Source: Camelus dromedarius
Taxonomy: Eukaryota
Reading direction: 5' to 3'
DNA length: 64,000 bases
Assembly: GCF_036321535.1 (NCBI RefSeq)
Contig: NC_087461.1
Span: 4,650,001-4,714,000, forward strand
A program made the translations under genes and the position numbers. The notes below the pieces were generated by a model. That model was not told the DNA's origin, did not search any database, and saw only the letters and a list, made by a program, of their open reading frames with translations. Below, piece after piece: positions 46,240-60,245 of the stretch. How positions within the stretch are numbered: the stretch's first letter is position 1; every line of letters starts with the position of its first letter.

Positions 46240-46465
46240 CCAGGGGTCAGCAGGTAAATTTTTAGAGTAAAGAGCCAGGTGGTAAATATTATAGGTTTTT
46301 TGGGCCATACGTCCTCTGTCTCAGCTGCTCGAGTCTGGTGTTATAGCAGGAAAGCAGCTAAAGACGTAAGTGAACAAATGAACATGGTGGTGTTCCAATA
46401 AAACTTTATTTACACAGACAGGCAGCAAGCCAGATTTGGCCCGTGTAGTTTGCCGCCCCTCGTCT
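46240..46465 (+). mobile_element. MER58A (hAT-Charlie)
   Basis: CAGGGGTCAGC...AAGAGCCAGGTGGTAAATATT...GTGTTCCAATAAAACTTTATTTAC...GATTTGGCCCG..TAGTTTGCCG.CCCCT. Confidence 0.85.
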
Positions 46466-47584
46466 AGTCATGAGCTTTCACTTTACCGGTAAGGAGACTG
46501 CAGTCCAGAGAGGCTTGCTGACTGACGGTGACAACCACACATGTGGTCAAAAGCTTGACCACTAACCAGCTAGTTGACTTGAGGTAAGATGCTTTACCGT
46601 GCCATCTATAAAAAAAGGAAGGTGTGCTAGTTGTATATATTAGTTTGCAAATCTCGGGGGTGGCATTCCATCAGTTTTGCCATATTCTGTTTGCTGGCAG
46701 CGGATACAAGCCTCGCCCTCGCTCAGAGATGGGGGTCACTCAAGGATGTTCTGACACTGGGGTCATTGGGTCCCTCCTGCTGGCTGCCTTCCAAAGAAAT
46801 CCAGACACCTGGTCTCTAAGTCTCCTCTGGTCTTAAAATTCTGAAATGTTACTCCTTTTTCAGGTTCTTTCCAGCCCTGTGCTGTCTTACTTTTCTCTGT
46901 ATTTGTCTTTTTGGGCTATTTTGCTTAAGTTTAGAGAACTTCATTTATTCACAATATTTCGAGAGCTCATGGAAAGCAGCCTATTTTGGGTAGTTCTGAA
47001 GACTTAGCAATGATGGAGATTTGTGGATCAATTTGGATATAAATTTGAATGAACTTTGACATTTAAGTCTCCCCATAAGTAGGAATATGGGTTGGATCCA
47101 CTATTTTTAAGAGAAGGCCTTATACACATGAATACAACGTATCCGTTAATGACATAGGTACTTATTAAAGCAGGTCCCTTTAACTCTAGTTGGCCATGCC
47201 TGCTTAATCTTACAGTCAGTCATCCCAGTATGTTTTTCAAAGTTAAAAATCTTCATTTCTCTAAAAATTCTATAGCACAGTCTTTCTACTAATTTGGATT
47301 GAACTTTATAGCATGTTAGATTTGCATGATTTGACTGTAGTTTTTTTTTTTTTAAATGAGAACCACAGAAGCAAATATCCTTGGTTTTGCTCTTGATTTA
47401 TCCTTGGCAGAAGAAATCTGTGGTCAGTAAATGGGCTTGGTTTGGGATTTAATTCCTAAAGCCGTATTTGTAGTCTCTGTATGCGCAAAAACTTTCAATC
47501 AATTTCTTCAATTATCTGGGAAATGCTGTTTTTTTTTTCCTGTTCCACATAATTGAAAATCTAATTTTGCTCATTAATTTAGAG

Positions 47585-47781
47585 CCATGGTTCTCAAGCA
47601 GGGGTGATTTTGTGGCCTCTTTGATGATGTCTGGAGACATTTTTGGTTGCCGCAACTGGGATGGGGAGGGGCATTGTGACTGGCATCCAGGGGGTGGAAA
47701 CCAGGGATCCAGAGGATGGTTCTCAACAGCAAAAAATTATCCAGCCCAAAGCATCAATGATGCTGAGGCTAAGAAACCATG
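47585..47781 (-). mobile_element. MER20 with terminal inverted repeats and hAT-type TSD
   Basis: CCATGGTTCTCA...AAGAAACCATG; flanks ATTTAGAG / GTTTAGAG. Confidence 0.85.
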
Positions 47782-48300
47782 GTTTAGAGATGTGTACCCG
47801 AAGTCTATTTTCAGCTGACAGACACTACAAAAGTGGGGCTCAACTGCCAAATCAGTTGGGCTGGTAATGTCTTTACAGCCTTAAAAATGTTCACTTGTGT
47901 ATTGTTACCCTCTAGGATAAGATCTAGGAGGTGAAGGTTTTCAAATGTTGATCATGGAGTTTTTTTTTTTCTGTTTTATTTTGAACACCAAGTAGTCCCT
48001 AAATTAGAACCTTCGTTGAGAAGGCTGGCTTTGAGCAAATACAATGAATGAGATACACCCCTGAGTAAGAGGATCTTGGGAACCAAAATTTTCCAGGACG
48101 ATAGGAAAACTTATTGCATTCCCATCCCGTCTACCCCCTACACTGTTGCCATCAAATATACTATAGAGAAATGATTATGAGAATAAAGCATTGCTGAAAT
48201 TTCAAAAAACAAATGGAAAAAGTAGATAAGTCATTTTCAGGTCACTCAAGGATAATCACTCTTAACATTTGGTGTATTTACTGTAAGTATTTTTTCCACG

Positions 48301-48818
48301 TGTGGCAGAGTGTGTTCCAAAGCTGGCCATATTGATATACATTCCATCCTACTGGCCGTTTTTGCAAGGTTGCACTGATACTCTTCCAGTGGGAAGTCTT
48401 TGCTCCCTCCTCTTGGATCTGGGCAGACCTGGGACTGTGGTGAGAGTGATGTGTGTGACTTACAAGGCTAGGTTGGAGACTGTAATGCAGTTGCTTCTCA
48501 GCTTTCTCTCTCAGGATGCTTGTCCTTCAGCCCAGTGGCCATGCTGTGAGGAAGCCTAAATGAACCTTTATAGAAGGACCAAATGAAAGAGGAGAGGTTT
48601 AGAGAGAAAACAAGACTTCCAGCCAACAGCCAGCATCAACCACCAGACAGGTGACAAGAAACTTTCAGGTGATTCCAGGCCCTGCCTTCAACTGCCCAGT
48701 GGAGGAGAGAGGTGCTGTTTCCACTGAGTCCTGACCGAAGAAGCAAAATAAATGTGTTCTTGTGCTCAGCTACTATGTTTTAGAAATGTTTGTTACACAG
48801 CACTGGGCACCTGGAACA
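48301..48818 (+). mobile_element. MaLR solo LTR (MLT1G/H-like)
   Basis: TGTGGCAGAG...GCCATGCTGTGAGGAAGCC...CAGCCAACAGCCAGCATCAAC.ACCAGACA...AAAATAAATG...TTGTTACACAGCA...GAACA. Confidence 0.85.
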
Positions 48819-49964
48819 CAATGTACAACTACTTTAATATTTTTATACAACTGGAATCACATAGCTTTTATTCATGTCAAGATATATCATAAAGATTTTT
48901 AAGTGATGTTAAATGTCTTTCAAGTTTTGATTTTTTTAATCATAATATCACTTTTTTTTCCATTTGTATCAGCTCATATTGCCAAATATGACAAGTGCTC
49001 ATGAAGTAACGTTGGGCGTAATCCAGAGTTTTAGTGCAATAGGTAATGACAGCATTTTTCTCCTAATTTGCTTCAAGGACCCCTTTGAACATTTGGAGAG
49101 TTGTGTGGGCATCGTAGGGTGGGCACTCTTGCTCCAGCAGTTGATTGACTTCTTGTTTTATTTTAAAGGTGGCCAAACTCACATGGTTCTTTGAGCAGCG
49201 ATGCCTTATTCCTGGGTTTGCAAGTCAGCCCTAATGTTTCATTTGGAGCTGGTTTTTTGATATTCTCTCTCTCTCTCTTTCTCTTGTGGTCACTTAAGGG
49301 AAAATTCATATTGAGCTGGAAGGTGAAAAGTCCCATGGACTCATGAAACTCATGGCAAGAGATAGTGGCTATGTCAGTGGTAGGCAAATGTGAATTTTCA
49401 AGCAGATCTGAAAGAAAGAAATTACTTCACCTACTTTGAGACCTTCTGTTTCTTTCTTAATAAGGCCATTGACTTTCAAGTCAGTGAGGTGTGGTCTGTT
49501 ATCACTCAGCAAAGCCAATGCCAGCAACACCTCTGTTTTTGTAAATACTGCACCCTTCCGGGAGGGGCTGTGCTCTGTGTCTACGACACACTCATATGAT
49601 TGTTACTCGTATTCAGTGACGCTTTGGAGAGTTACAGAGACACAATTATGGGGCAGACACAGTTTTACTGAGAATCTATTGCCAGGCATTGCTACACTCT
49701 GTGGATAAAAACGAATCATGCATATTTTCTGTTCACAGAGTTCAAGCTTTCCAGAGGATCACATTCCTCTTTTTTTGCATGTTTCCCACAATCTGACAAT
49801 TCCATATCTCCATAGATCAGTTCCAATATTTCCAATTTTTTTCAGGAGACTGTGGTTTTTCACGTGTCCTGTGTCTTGGTAGAAAAGCAATCCAGTTGTA
49901 AATTGATTCTGGATTTCAGACAATTCAAGTGGTAGTTATTAATGTTTACCTTCAGGATGGTAGC

Positions 49965-50130
49965 ATCCCATCTAATGGGCCACTTAAGAGGATGATGGAA
50001 TTGGGAAAAATAAGGAAATCTAGAATGTAGTTCTACCTTCATCATTTCCTAACATTTTGGGCAAGTTACTTTGGCCTCCGATTCCTCATCTCTATAATGA
50101 GGCTGTTTAAATAAACATTTCTAGTTCAAG
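49965..50130 (+). mobile_element. MIR remnant
   Basis: TTGGGCAAGTTACTT.GGCCTC.GATTCCTCATCTCTATAATGAGG. Confidence 0.65.
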
Positions 50131-50612
50131 ATTTTATGTTTCTAGGTCTGATACCTAAAAAAAAAACAACCCCACAGTACTGGACTGAATAGTATTGAAA
50201 TAGTATATGAACAGAGAAGATGCAATGCCTCCTTTGAGAAACATCACCCTGCTACCAAGAATGCCTCTAGTCATTTGGTATGAAACCTTTTTGTCCCACG
50301 GAAGAATACTTTTCTTCTGGGCCCGTCACCACGTTCGCTGGAAATTTGAATTGTGTAGAAGTTGGCACCGTGCTTGGCAGGGAAGAGATTTACTGCTGAC
50401 CGTGGAAGATAAAAGCTATTAATCAGGGAGAGATGTAATGTGGCTCTTAAGTAGGTTGCACTGTACCAGTGAAGAAGTGTGTGATTGCCAACAATGATAT
50501 TAAATTATTCTTAGTTCAAAGTTGTTGAGACGAAAAATAATTCATTGCTGTTCCACTGCAGATGCCACCCATTGAAGTAATCAGTGATGACTTCAGTGTC
50601 AGTACTCAGCAT

Positions 50613-50629
50613 CCCCCCCCCCCCCCCCC
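50613..50629. repeat. C17 homopolymer
   Basis: Directly visible. Confidence 0.95.
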
Positions 50630-51725
50630 AGTTTCCCATGTCTATTTGTTGACCTGTCATGGTTGGCTGAGGAACACAATCACTAAATATCCTTTGTGGA
50701 AATATCTGGGGTACGGTCTATAGGATGGGGGTCCAAATAAGGCAGTTTGGGAGAAGTGATTCCTCTTTGCTTTGATAGCTCTTGCTGGATTGTCTAGTAC
50801 AGCATTGCTCAGATTATTATTTTAATGCACAGTTGGCTTGCCTCTCTCGTGTGCTGGGCTCTAGGCTTGTCTGGCTAGAAATAGCTGCTTACCCATTTTT
50901 GTCTTTTCAGTGGAACTGAGTACATGGTAAGTACTCAGCTGTATATATTGGTTAAATGAATTCACAAACGTCTCTATTATAATTATGCACTTTTAACTAT
51001 CTGTTGAATAACGATGTATAACTTTAACAAATGCTTATTAAATATCTGCTGTATTCATGACACTGCAAAGAATCTACATAAGCTGCAGTTAACAATCGTG
51101 TGTGTGGAATTTCATCTGCAGTCAATGTCACAGAATCATCGACAGTTGTAAAGTGAATAAAAATCACGATTATGGCCGAAGGCACTTGCGGGTTAAATGT
51201 GTGTGACGCAACTTTCTTGCAGTGGTTTCTCCCAGAGCCATCTTGCTTTTGTTGAAAGCAGGGCGTGTCCATGATTTATGTCTTGCTCCTTTCCCTGGTC
51301 TCTGTGGAGCATCAAGTGATGAAGAAGGTCTGTGGTTCTTTAAGGCACTGGCTTTTTCCTGATTTCAAAATAGGAGATTGGGTGGGACTTAGGGAGGGGG
51401 GAGAAATCTGTTACTTTTCAGGTATTTAAGAGATTTATCTATCTTTTCTTCTATTTTAATTGCTCCTCTAAAGTATTATAGATTTTGGAAACAGTTTTGG
51501 AGTTAACATCTTTGGCATTTAAAAATATATTTAAATGATATGACAGTCCATCAAGAAAGTAGCAGACAGAATAAGGCTGATTCTAGAATATTTAAGTTGT
51601 CCACTAGTCAACTGTTTGTTACTGTCTCCATAACTTCACAAAATGGAAAGGAATTATTTATGAACATACGTACAGGAAAGGATGCAAAAGGAATCAGAAA
51701 ACTGTGTTAGTACAGGGCTTTTTCC

Positions 51726-52173
51726 TATGATGGTTGATTTTATTTGTTCACTTGGCTGGGCCATGTGGTGCCCAGACACTTATTTTGGGTGTTTCTGTGA
51801 GTATGTTTTGGTCAAGACTGACATTTAAATCAGTGGATTTGAGTAAGGCAGACTGCCCTCCATAATGTGGGTGGGTCTCATCCAATCCGTTGAGGACCAA
51901 AAAGATTGATCTCCTCAGAAAAGAGAGATCTCTTCAGCAGACAGTCTTGGACTTTATTTGCAACATCAGTTCTTCCCGGTTCTATAGCAGATAGCCTTTA
52001 AACTTGAACTGGAACATTCACTTCTCTGGGTCTTAGACTCCTGGCCCACTCTGAAGATCTGGACTTGGCAGCCTCCATAACAGTGTAAGCCAAGTCCTTA
52101 TTTTTTTACATATATTTAATTTATATATAGTTATGTAATAAATATTTATATCTACTTTATATCCCTACCTATT

Positions 52174-52215
<42 letters not shown>

Positions 52216-52265
52216 TCTATCATCTCCTATTGGTTCTGTCTCTCTGGAGAACCCTAACTAATACG
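51726..52265 (+). mobile_element. ERVL solo LTR (MLT2B-like) containing (TCTG)n(TCTA)n at 52174-52221
   Basis: TATGATGGTTGATTTTAT.TGTTCACTTGGCTGGGCCA...GCCCTCCATAATGTGGGTGGGTCTCATCCAATCCGTTGA...CCTATTGGTTCTGTCTCTCTGGAGAACCCTAACTAATAC. Confidence 0.92.
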
Positions 52266-54167
52266 TTACCTTACCTTTTCTGTCTTCAACACTCAAGGGA
52301 CTGTTTCCATGAGTTTCTAACATCTCTCATGTGGACAACAGAAAGTCAGCAGGAATACAGGGAGTGACAGAAGGCTTAAGGAGATTCTGTCTACAAGGTG
52401 GATTAGAGGTCAAGGGTAGGGTAAAAGGGGACCCTGAAACATCGAGGCAAGGAATGTGTCTTACAAAGAACAGACAGCATCAACCAAATTTGATTTCATT
52501 CAACCATTTCCCCCTCTTGTTATTTTGTTGAGTTAAAAAAAATCTCCTACCAAGAGTATCTTCACAATATAAGACTTGAAGACATTCTCCGCCCTTCTAC
52601 GTTGAAAGTAGTTTAGGTGCCCATCCTCAGCACTTACAAGACAAAGATTACCTGTCTGCTTGGTCCTGGTGACCGCCCCCTGCTCCAGTTCCCTGAAGCA
52701 CAGTGCTTAGTGGGGGCTCAATAAATATGCAGGAAATAAATGAATAAACAAAAATAGGTTTTGACCTTACCAAGCCATCTTCCAGTTTGAGGATGTTCTG
52801 AAGGAAATCCTCCAACATCTATCTTATGGTCGCATCAGAGGCCCTTTGCAAATATGGTAGTGTTGTCCATTTACTCAAGATGGGTGACATTTGGAGAGCT
52901 TCAGATAAACCGCTGGCTGCCTCTAGTTGACTCTTTATGAATTAACTGAAGGAAGGATGATGGGGATGAGTAAAGATTTTGAATGATTATTTTTAAGAAC
53001 TTATGATAAAGGGTTATTTTTCTGACCTCAGAAGCATCATTACATCAGTGTTCCCATTGAGTTTCAGGATCATTCCGGTCTTGGGTAAATCCGCTGACGG
53101 GGGATAGAGGAGAGGGATGGAAGAAGAAGCTGATACAGAAGAGTTGCCAGGTGTTGGCTTAGCTACCTTCTCTTCTCCTAGAGTCATTAACTACATCACA
53201 CTTTTCATTATTTATTAATTGTGTTGTCATCTACTGTAGCATCATGAATATACATATATATATATAGAGACAGACAGAGAGAGAGAGAGTTGGGGGCTGA
53301 CAAGGAGGGAGAAAGAGGAGAAACAGAGGAAGCTTTGGTCATAGAGGAAGTGCACTCTCACCAACTTGACATTTCTCATGCCCCCGAGGAGGAGTTTGCC
53401 AAATATGTTGAGATGGAGTCATATTTAATAGTAATAATTTCCACCTGCTGTCGTGTCATCTCAGAATCTGCATACAGGTGGTGGTTTTATTTTATTTTTA
53501 TTTTTTTTTCCACCCAAGAATCTTCAGGCACCCGAGAGACATTAATTAGGCTCTGGACCTCTTTGAAGTTGATCCTGTACCACATACACATGATGAAATG
53601 CAGAAGGGGAGAGGTTAATTGAGTAAGACCGAGACCACACGGAAATTCCATGAAGGAGCCAGGAAGGTGATGGCTTCCAGGTCGGGGGCAAAACCAAGGA
53701 GACAGGGAGGAGAGAGGCCAGTTTGCCGGGTGCTTTAAACTCATCAGGAATTTCCATCCTCCATTCACTTAAAAGTCAGCAACTCTCTTCCTCCTCTTCC
53801 TTCAGCACCCAACACAAAGAAAACCTAAAAAACTACAAAGTAATTACTAGCACTCACAGGATGTGCTGTCCCACAGCCTACGGAGCTGAAGAATTGCCTG
53901 GGAATGGTTGTCATGGGTCTGCCTGGCTTCCAGTTCTCGCCCTGAGTCTGTGTTCCTGTTTAGAACTGATATTTCCTTCTCTCTTCCAGTTATCTGCTCA
54001 CAATTAAATCCAGATCGGAGACTAGAACGTTCACCAAAATTACTCAAGGCTAGAGTTGCACCTTCCTCCCACTTAAATTGTATAGAGATTAGTCACCCTG
54101 AGAAGGTAAAAACTGTAGGTCTCTGGGTGAGGAGAAGAAGAAATGGAGAGTTTAGAAGTAAGGAACT

Positions 54168-54352
54168 TCAATGTTAACCACTATATATAAAAACAGATAA
54201 AAAATAAATTTCTTCTGTAGAGCACAGGGAACTATATTCAATATCTTGTAATAAAAAAGAATATGAAAATGAATATATGTACATATGCATAACTGGGACA
54301 TTATGCTGTGCACAGAAATTGACACACTGTAACTGACTATGCTTCAATTAAA
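54168..54352 (+). mobile_element. Short L1 3' end
   Basis: AAATTTCTTCTGTAGAGCACAGGGAACTATATTCAATATCTTGTAATA...GTAACTGACTATGCTTCAATTAAA. Confidence 0.88.
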
Positions 54353-54367
54353 TTTTTTTCCTTAAAG

Positions 54368-54630
54368 ATAAGTAAGTACTGGGGATGTATGGAGCCATAT
54401 AACTACAGTTAACCCTGCTGTATGGTGTATAGGAAAGTTGCTAAGAGAATGGATCCTAAAAGTTCTCAACACATGGAAAAAAATTTGTAACTACATGAGG
54501 AGATGGATCTTAACTAAATTTACAGTAATCATTTTGCAGTGTACGTATGTCCAGTCATCGTGCTGTACGCCTTCCACTGACACAGAGCTGTAAGTCCATA
54601 AATAAGCTGAATAAAACCGGGGGGAAAAAG
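54368..54630 (+). mobile_element. Old L1MA/L1MB 3' end
   Basis: AAGTACTGGGGATGTA...GAAAGTTGCTAAGAGA.TGGATCCTAAAAGTTCTCA. Confidence 0.8.
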
Positions 54631-56321
54631 AAGTAAGAAGCTTCAGTGAAAATGAAAAAAGAGGCTTAATAAAAACAGAATGTTTTGTATCCTTAGATTT
54701 CTGTTCAACTTTTCAGTAATGTCTCTTTCTTCCAAACTGTTCTGATGGGATCACCAAAGGAGGGACTTGAGAAGGAAATCTCTTTGCAACAACCTGGCCA
54801 TCCCGATAGCTCCTTCTGGAAGGGAGGTTTTTGTTTATCTGTTTGACCCTTAATCAGAAGCTGTGCAAGTGAGAATCTTGTGGGATGCTTGTGACAAAAC
54901 ACGAACACTGATCTCTAAGAGAGGCGAACAGGACGACCCACAAAAGACAGGAACGTCAAATAAGTATCCGTTGGAAGAGTTGTCATTCAAAGCCATGGGT
55001 TTGTGAACGCTTAGGAGGAAGAAGCTGGGCTTTGCCCATGTGGAAGCCCAGAGAGGCTCAGATACATCGCCCTGGGATGTTAGGGCCGGAGGCGGTCGGA
55101 GACCATGGTAGGACCATGCAAAATGAAGCTGTAGCAAGTCATTCTGAGAGTGAGGAAAGGCTGACATGAATAAATAATGGGAAGAAAAAGTGAAGAAAAG
55201 CAGACTAGCCTGAGAACAAAGGCACAAGAGGATTAATTCTATTTTAATGGAGCTGGAGAAACACGGACCATAAACAGATGAAAAGCTCTCCTTCTTAAAG
55301 AAAAGCTCTCAGCGACACAGGGACCAGGTTTCCTGGCAAGAGCACAACTAATATTTATTTGAAGACTGATTGTGATGAGCGGGATGGACAGAGACCCTAC
55401 AACAGGTCAAGCTTAGAGTTGGTGGATCATTTTGGGGTCCTCTTGCCCAGAGCTGGACCCTCTATCCTCCTGGGAGTTTGAGGCTGCCTCCCGCGGCGAG
55501 GCAGCCTCTCCACGTGCACATGCCAGTCCTTCTCCGCACACAAAGGAAGGCAGGGGCTGCTGCCCGCGGCCACACCGCGCACAGCTGCTCCGGGGAGGGA
55601 CAGCTGCCACTTTGGCTGGGGACAGATGAAGTTGCTGCCAATTTCTTCCAAGTTTGCCCTCTCTTTCAAAATTCAGAATAACAGCACACAAACAGTCTCA
55701 GGTCCCCCTGGCTGCGTTCCCTTTCTGGAGTAATTAGCTGAAATGCACATTATGTTCTCACCTCATTCCGAGTTTCCATGGATTCACTGCTGCTTCCCGT
55801 AAGCAGAACCTGCTGTGGGCTGCTCTGTGCAAGGGACCTGGTTCCCTGTCCCCCGAGGGCAGTGCTGGGCTGTCTGGGGGAGCTCGTGGTGGATGGGAAC
55901 GGCTGTTTGTTTCCAGCTGGGATTTGCCAAAGGCTTTGACCAGGCCAGCTCTCTCTGGGTGCTCTCAGTCCTCTTGGCTATAAAATAAAAGAAGTTTTGG
56001 TTCCTCTAACTCGCTTCCCAGGCATGGCTGGAGGAATGACGTCTTGAGGTGGGTAGGAAGGAGGGCAGGTGACTATGGAGAGTCCCAGAGGGATCTGGAA
56101 TTAATCTACTCAGCACCAGGAAGCACTGATGTTTTCAAAGCAGAAACAGAATATGGCAGAAGTGAAATCAATCAGGTGGGAAGTCGGGGTGGGGGGAGAC
56201 CAGTAAGTTAGGACAGGAGGTAGGTGGAGAGTGGGGTCATGAGGGCTGGACTTCGGTTATGAGTTTGGCAGAGGAAGAGGAGAGGTCATTATCAAGGGTT
56301 CATCCAGCAAATGGTGTAGAC

Positions 56322-56456
56322 TAGCATTCTCAAAGTGGGGTCCCTTGGCCCCACCCTGGACCTGCTGACTCTGAAACTCTTGTGTGGGGCACAGCAATCT
56401 GTTTTAACAAGCCCTCCAGATGATTCCATTCCAAGCTAAAGTTGGAGAACCACTGT
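56322..56456 (+). mobile_element. MER5A-like hAT MITE
   Basis: CATTCTCAAAGTGGGGTCCC...TCTGTTTTAACAAGCCCTCCAGATGATTC...AAAGTTGGAGAACCACTG. Confidence 0.8.
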
Positions 56457-56769
56457 CGGTTACTACTGAGCAGACAGGTCCTAAACACGGGGGTGGGGAG
56501 ACCATGGGTTCTCTGCTGATTCTGAAGAAGTAGCTGATGGCATTAAATACTACATGCCTTAAGGATCTTAGTCTCGTACCTCTGCAGTGTAGCGCCATCG
56601 GTTATGCGGTGTGTTTTGCTGTATGTAGGAGAAAACCCCGCCCCACAGAGGGAAATACCAAAGGCACTGCTCTTTCCCGTAAGAGGAGTGTGGAGTTAGG
56701 TCACCCAGGGCCAGCAGGACAGCGCCACAGAGTCACTGGGGACACGGGTCCCTTCCTTCTTTTTGCTCT

Positions 56770-57260
56770 GCCACCCTCGGTGCTGGTGTACAGGTGACTA
56801 GAAACTCAGTAGCTTAAAACAACACACAGTTACTCATCTTATAGTCCTGGAGGTCAGAATTCGGAAAGCTGTCTCACTGGGCTACAGGGAAGAGTTTGGC
56901 AAGGCTGCGTTGCTTGTAAAAGCTCTAAGGGAGCTCCTGTTTTCTTGCCTTTTGCAGCCTCTGAGAAGCGGCCTGCAGTCCTTGGCTTGTGGCCCCGTCC
57001 TCCATCTTCAGAACCAGCAGCGTCAGGCTGGGTCTTCTCCCTTGGCCTTCTCTCCTTTTCTCCTGTCTCCCTCTTCTTGTTTTAAGGACTCTTAAGATGA
57101 CCCTAGACCCACTGGGTAACCCAGGATAACTTCCCTGTCGTAAGGTCAGCTGATCAGTGACACTGACTTCCTCTGTGACCTTAGTTTCCCTTGGCCACGT
57201 CATCCAGATTCCAGGGATTCAGATGTGGACACCTCTGGCAGATGGGGGTGCTGATGTCGG
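56770..57260 (-). mobile_element. MaLR solo LTR (MLT1C/D-like)
   Basis: AGCTTAAAACAACAC...AGTCCTGGAGGTCAGAA...CCTTGGCTTGTGGCCCC.TCCTCCATCTTCA...GATTCCAGGGATT.AGATGTGGACA.CTCT. Confidence 0.88.
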
Positions 57261-58198
57261 TGGCATTCTTCTCCCTCCCGTCCTCAAGGCCAACTCCTGG
57301 TCCTTCCCAGCTGCTGCAGTTTCTACTGTCGTGTGAGATTTCCAGGCAGCAAGAAAGAGGAAGTTGGGAAGGATGAAAAAACACACCTGCCAGCCAAACC
57401 AGCTCCCACGCAACATCTCTGCCAGCCTCTTCTTGGCCAGAGTTTAGTCTTGGAGGGAGACTGGGAAATGTGGTCTTTTTCCCCTCATGGCAAAGTGCTC
57501 CACTGAAATGAAGTCTGTTTCTATGAACAAAGGGAGAAGGGCTACTGGGTAGGTAATCAGCAGCTTCTGCCTTGCACAGGCGAGGGAGGGGGTCTTGCTT
57601 TTTCTCATCTGCTCCTCCGTCTGATAATCCTGAGACCCTCCGGAATGAAGGAGTGACAGTTCTAAGTTGAGAAATGAGATATGAGACGCAGAAGGAAGAA
57701 GGGATTCTATACGTCCCACTTCTTTCTGTTCTTCAGGGGCGATCTCCTTCGTTTGTACACTATTGAGTGTCTTAAAGGAACCAGCCATATTCCGTGTATT
57801 TGTCCTTACATGCGCACCGTGCAAAGAGGACGTTTACGGTGGCTCATGCCTTTGTTAGCCCTATAAACAATGTCTTTATTATTGAACAAATAAATTCCCA
57901 GGTCTAACTGCAGCTGAAGGTGAGGACTAGAGAGCATCACAGGGCATATATTATCCCTGCCCCTCTAGAGGAAGAGCTGCATTTGGAGCAGTGTCCCGCC
58001 ATACTGACCACATGTATGTGACTGACAGGCTGTCCTTCAATAACCATCTTCTCAAGGATAGGGACCCTGTCTTGTTCAGCGAATGTGGTTTGATACAAGC
58101 CTATGCATAGGAGATAAGCAGGCTTGCAATCCTTTTGTTTAAAAAATGAATTAATGAATGTTAAGTAGCAATCCATTGATCTGCTATCTTTGTGTGAC

Positions 58199-58812
58199 TT
58201 TGTTTTTTTTTTTTTTTTGAAGTATAGTTGATTTACAATGTTGTGTTTGTTTCTGGTGTACAGCACAGGGATTAAGTTATGCATACATATATATATATAT
58301 ATTCTTTATCATATTCTTGTTCATTGTAGGTTATGACAAGAAATTGAATATAGTTCCCTGTGCTATCCAGTAGGACCTTGTTGTTTGTCTGTTTTACATA
58401 TAGTAGTTTGTATCTGCTAATCCCAGACTTTAATTTATCCCTTCCTTCCTCCTTTCCCCTTTGGTAACTATAAATTTGTTTTCTGTGTCTTGTGACTCTG
58501 TTTCTGTTTTGTAGATAAGTTCACTTGTGTCATTTTTTTTAGATTCCACATATAAGTGGTATTATATTTGTCTTTCTCTGCCTGACTTACTTCACTCAGT
58601 ATGATCATCTCTAGGTCCATCCATTTTGCTGCAAATGGCATGATTTCATTCTTTTTTATAGCTGAGTAGTATTCCATTGTGTATACATACCACATCTTAT
58701 TTATCCAGTCATTTGTCAGTGGACATTTAGGCTGTTTCCATGTCTTGGCTATTGTATATAGTGCTGCTGTGAACATTGGGGTGCACGTATCTTATCGAAT
58801 TAGAGTTTTCTC
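58199..58812 (-). mobile_element. LINE-1 3' UTR plus ORF2 C-terminal remnant
   Basis: Minus-strand translation FTAALYTIAKTWKQPKCPLTNDWINKMWYVYTMEYYSAIKKNEIMPFAAKWMDLEMIILSEVSQ. Confidence 0.96.
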
Positions 58813-59219
58813 TGGATTGGTGCCTTTAATTTTGAACAAGCTATTCTATGAGACTTATTTAAACATTATGTCTTAAAGTTTTCTCTATTTGTGTTGTGAT
58901 TCTATCTACGGATTTGTCTGCAGGCTCTCCATTTTGAAAGATATTTACACTATCGATATATTTTCCATTTGGGGCAGGACACTAGTTACCTTTCTTCCTG
59001 TGTCCTCACGGTTTAGCTAAGAGTAGAGGACAGTCACACAGGCCTGGGGGCCTTGGACAATCGCTGGCAGTGAGTCTGCTAGCACTTTCTGAAAGGCGGG
59101 GACTCCTGCCCATCCAGACGACTCCTGGAGCTGGTGGGCTGTTCATCCGAGAAGTGCTTGTCCTCTGTGATGGGAGTGCAGTGGACCGGCAGTGCAGGAA
59201 GCCCTCCCTAGGAATGGTC

Positions 59220-59340
59220 TAATATAAACAACAATAGCCATAATAATAATCTGGGCTTTTATGGGAGCTTTCATCAAGGAACCAAAAACACATTACAAGC
59301 ATTAACTCATTAATCTTCACAGCGCCCCTGTGAGGGTGAA
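59220..59340 (-). mobile_element. MIR remnant
   Basis: ATTAACTCATTAATCTTCACAGCGCCCCTGTGAGG. Confidence 0.6.
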
Positions 59341-60064
59341 TTAAGTGTAAGTAATCATAATTATTACTGTCATTATCTGAAACAATTCCCAGATGTGCTG
59401 GGCTGAACTGGGGTACTTCGGGAATTTTTTTTTTTAATAGAGACCCTAGACTTTTGGCAAAAGGTTCTCTCTCTCTCTCTTTCTTTTCTTACTCCTTCTG
59501 ACTTACTAAATACATACGGAATTTTTAAATTCGTGGGGCCCCGGGAAGAGATGGATGGGAAGTATTGAAGTATTTCCAGTCCCCAGTAGTGCCCTTTGCT
59601 TTTTTCTTGACAGTGTTGGAAAGGTGAGGTGGCTTGTAGCGGGGTCCCAACCTAGGTCCCTGCAGCTGACCACAGATTTCAGTTTTAAACTCCGTGCGAT
59701 GTTTGTGCTTTCAGCCTTATCTCTTCAAGTAAGAGCTTGAGAAGTTTCATTCTACATGTCACATCCTGTTGACTCTGATACCATTTAAATTAGAACAGTG
59801 TCCTGCACACCAAGCAGGAGAGGCCTCAGTACAATTGGCAGCATCCTCTGCATGTGGGTACAAGTCCCGCGTCTCTCCCACAGGTGCAGACCTACCTGTG
59901 CCCTGTGCTTGCGGAACCAGCTCACCTCGGAGTTCTGGAACAGTCACAAGGGAAAGGAGAGGCTTCGGAGAAAGAGTACCCGGTTATTTTAATAGCGAAA
60001 AACAGCTGAGACGTGCTGCCAAACAGAGTTTCGTTATCTTCCATATATATATATATAAAAATGT

Positions 60065-60245
60065 AAAACTGAAGTATAGTCAGTTACAATGTGTCAATGT
60101 CTGCTGTGCAGCACAATGTTTCAGTCACACATAGACATACAGATACTTGTTTTCATTATTCTTTTTCATTATGGATTACTTTAAGATATTGAATATAGTT
60201 CCCTGGGCTATACAGAAGAAATTTGTTTTTTATCTATTTTATGTA
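60065..60245 (-). mobile_element. Short L1 3' end
   Basis: CTGAAGTATAGTCAGTTACAATGTGTCAAT...GATATTGAATATAGTTCCCTGGGCTATACAGAAGAAATTTG. Confidence 0.88.

Noticed and set aside
54168-60245. Inverted pair of similar short L1 3' ends ~5.7 kb apart
   Set aside because: Independent insertions of the same abundant subfamily, not terminal repeats of one element
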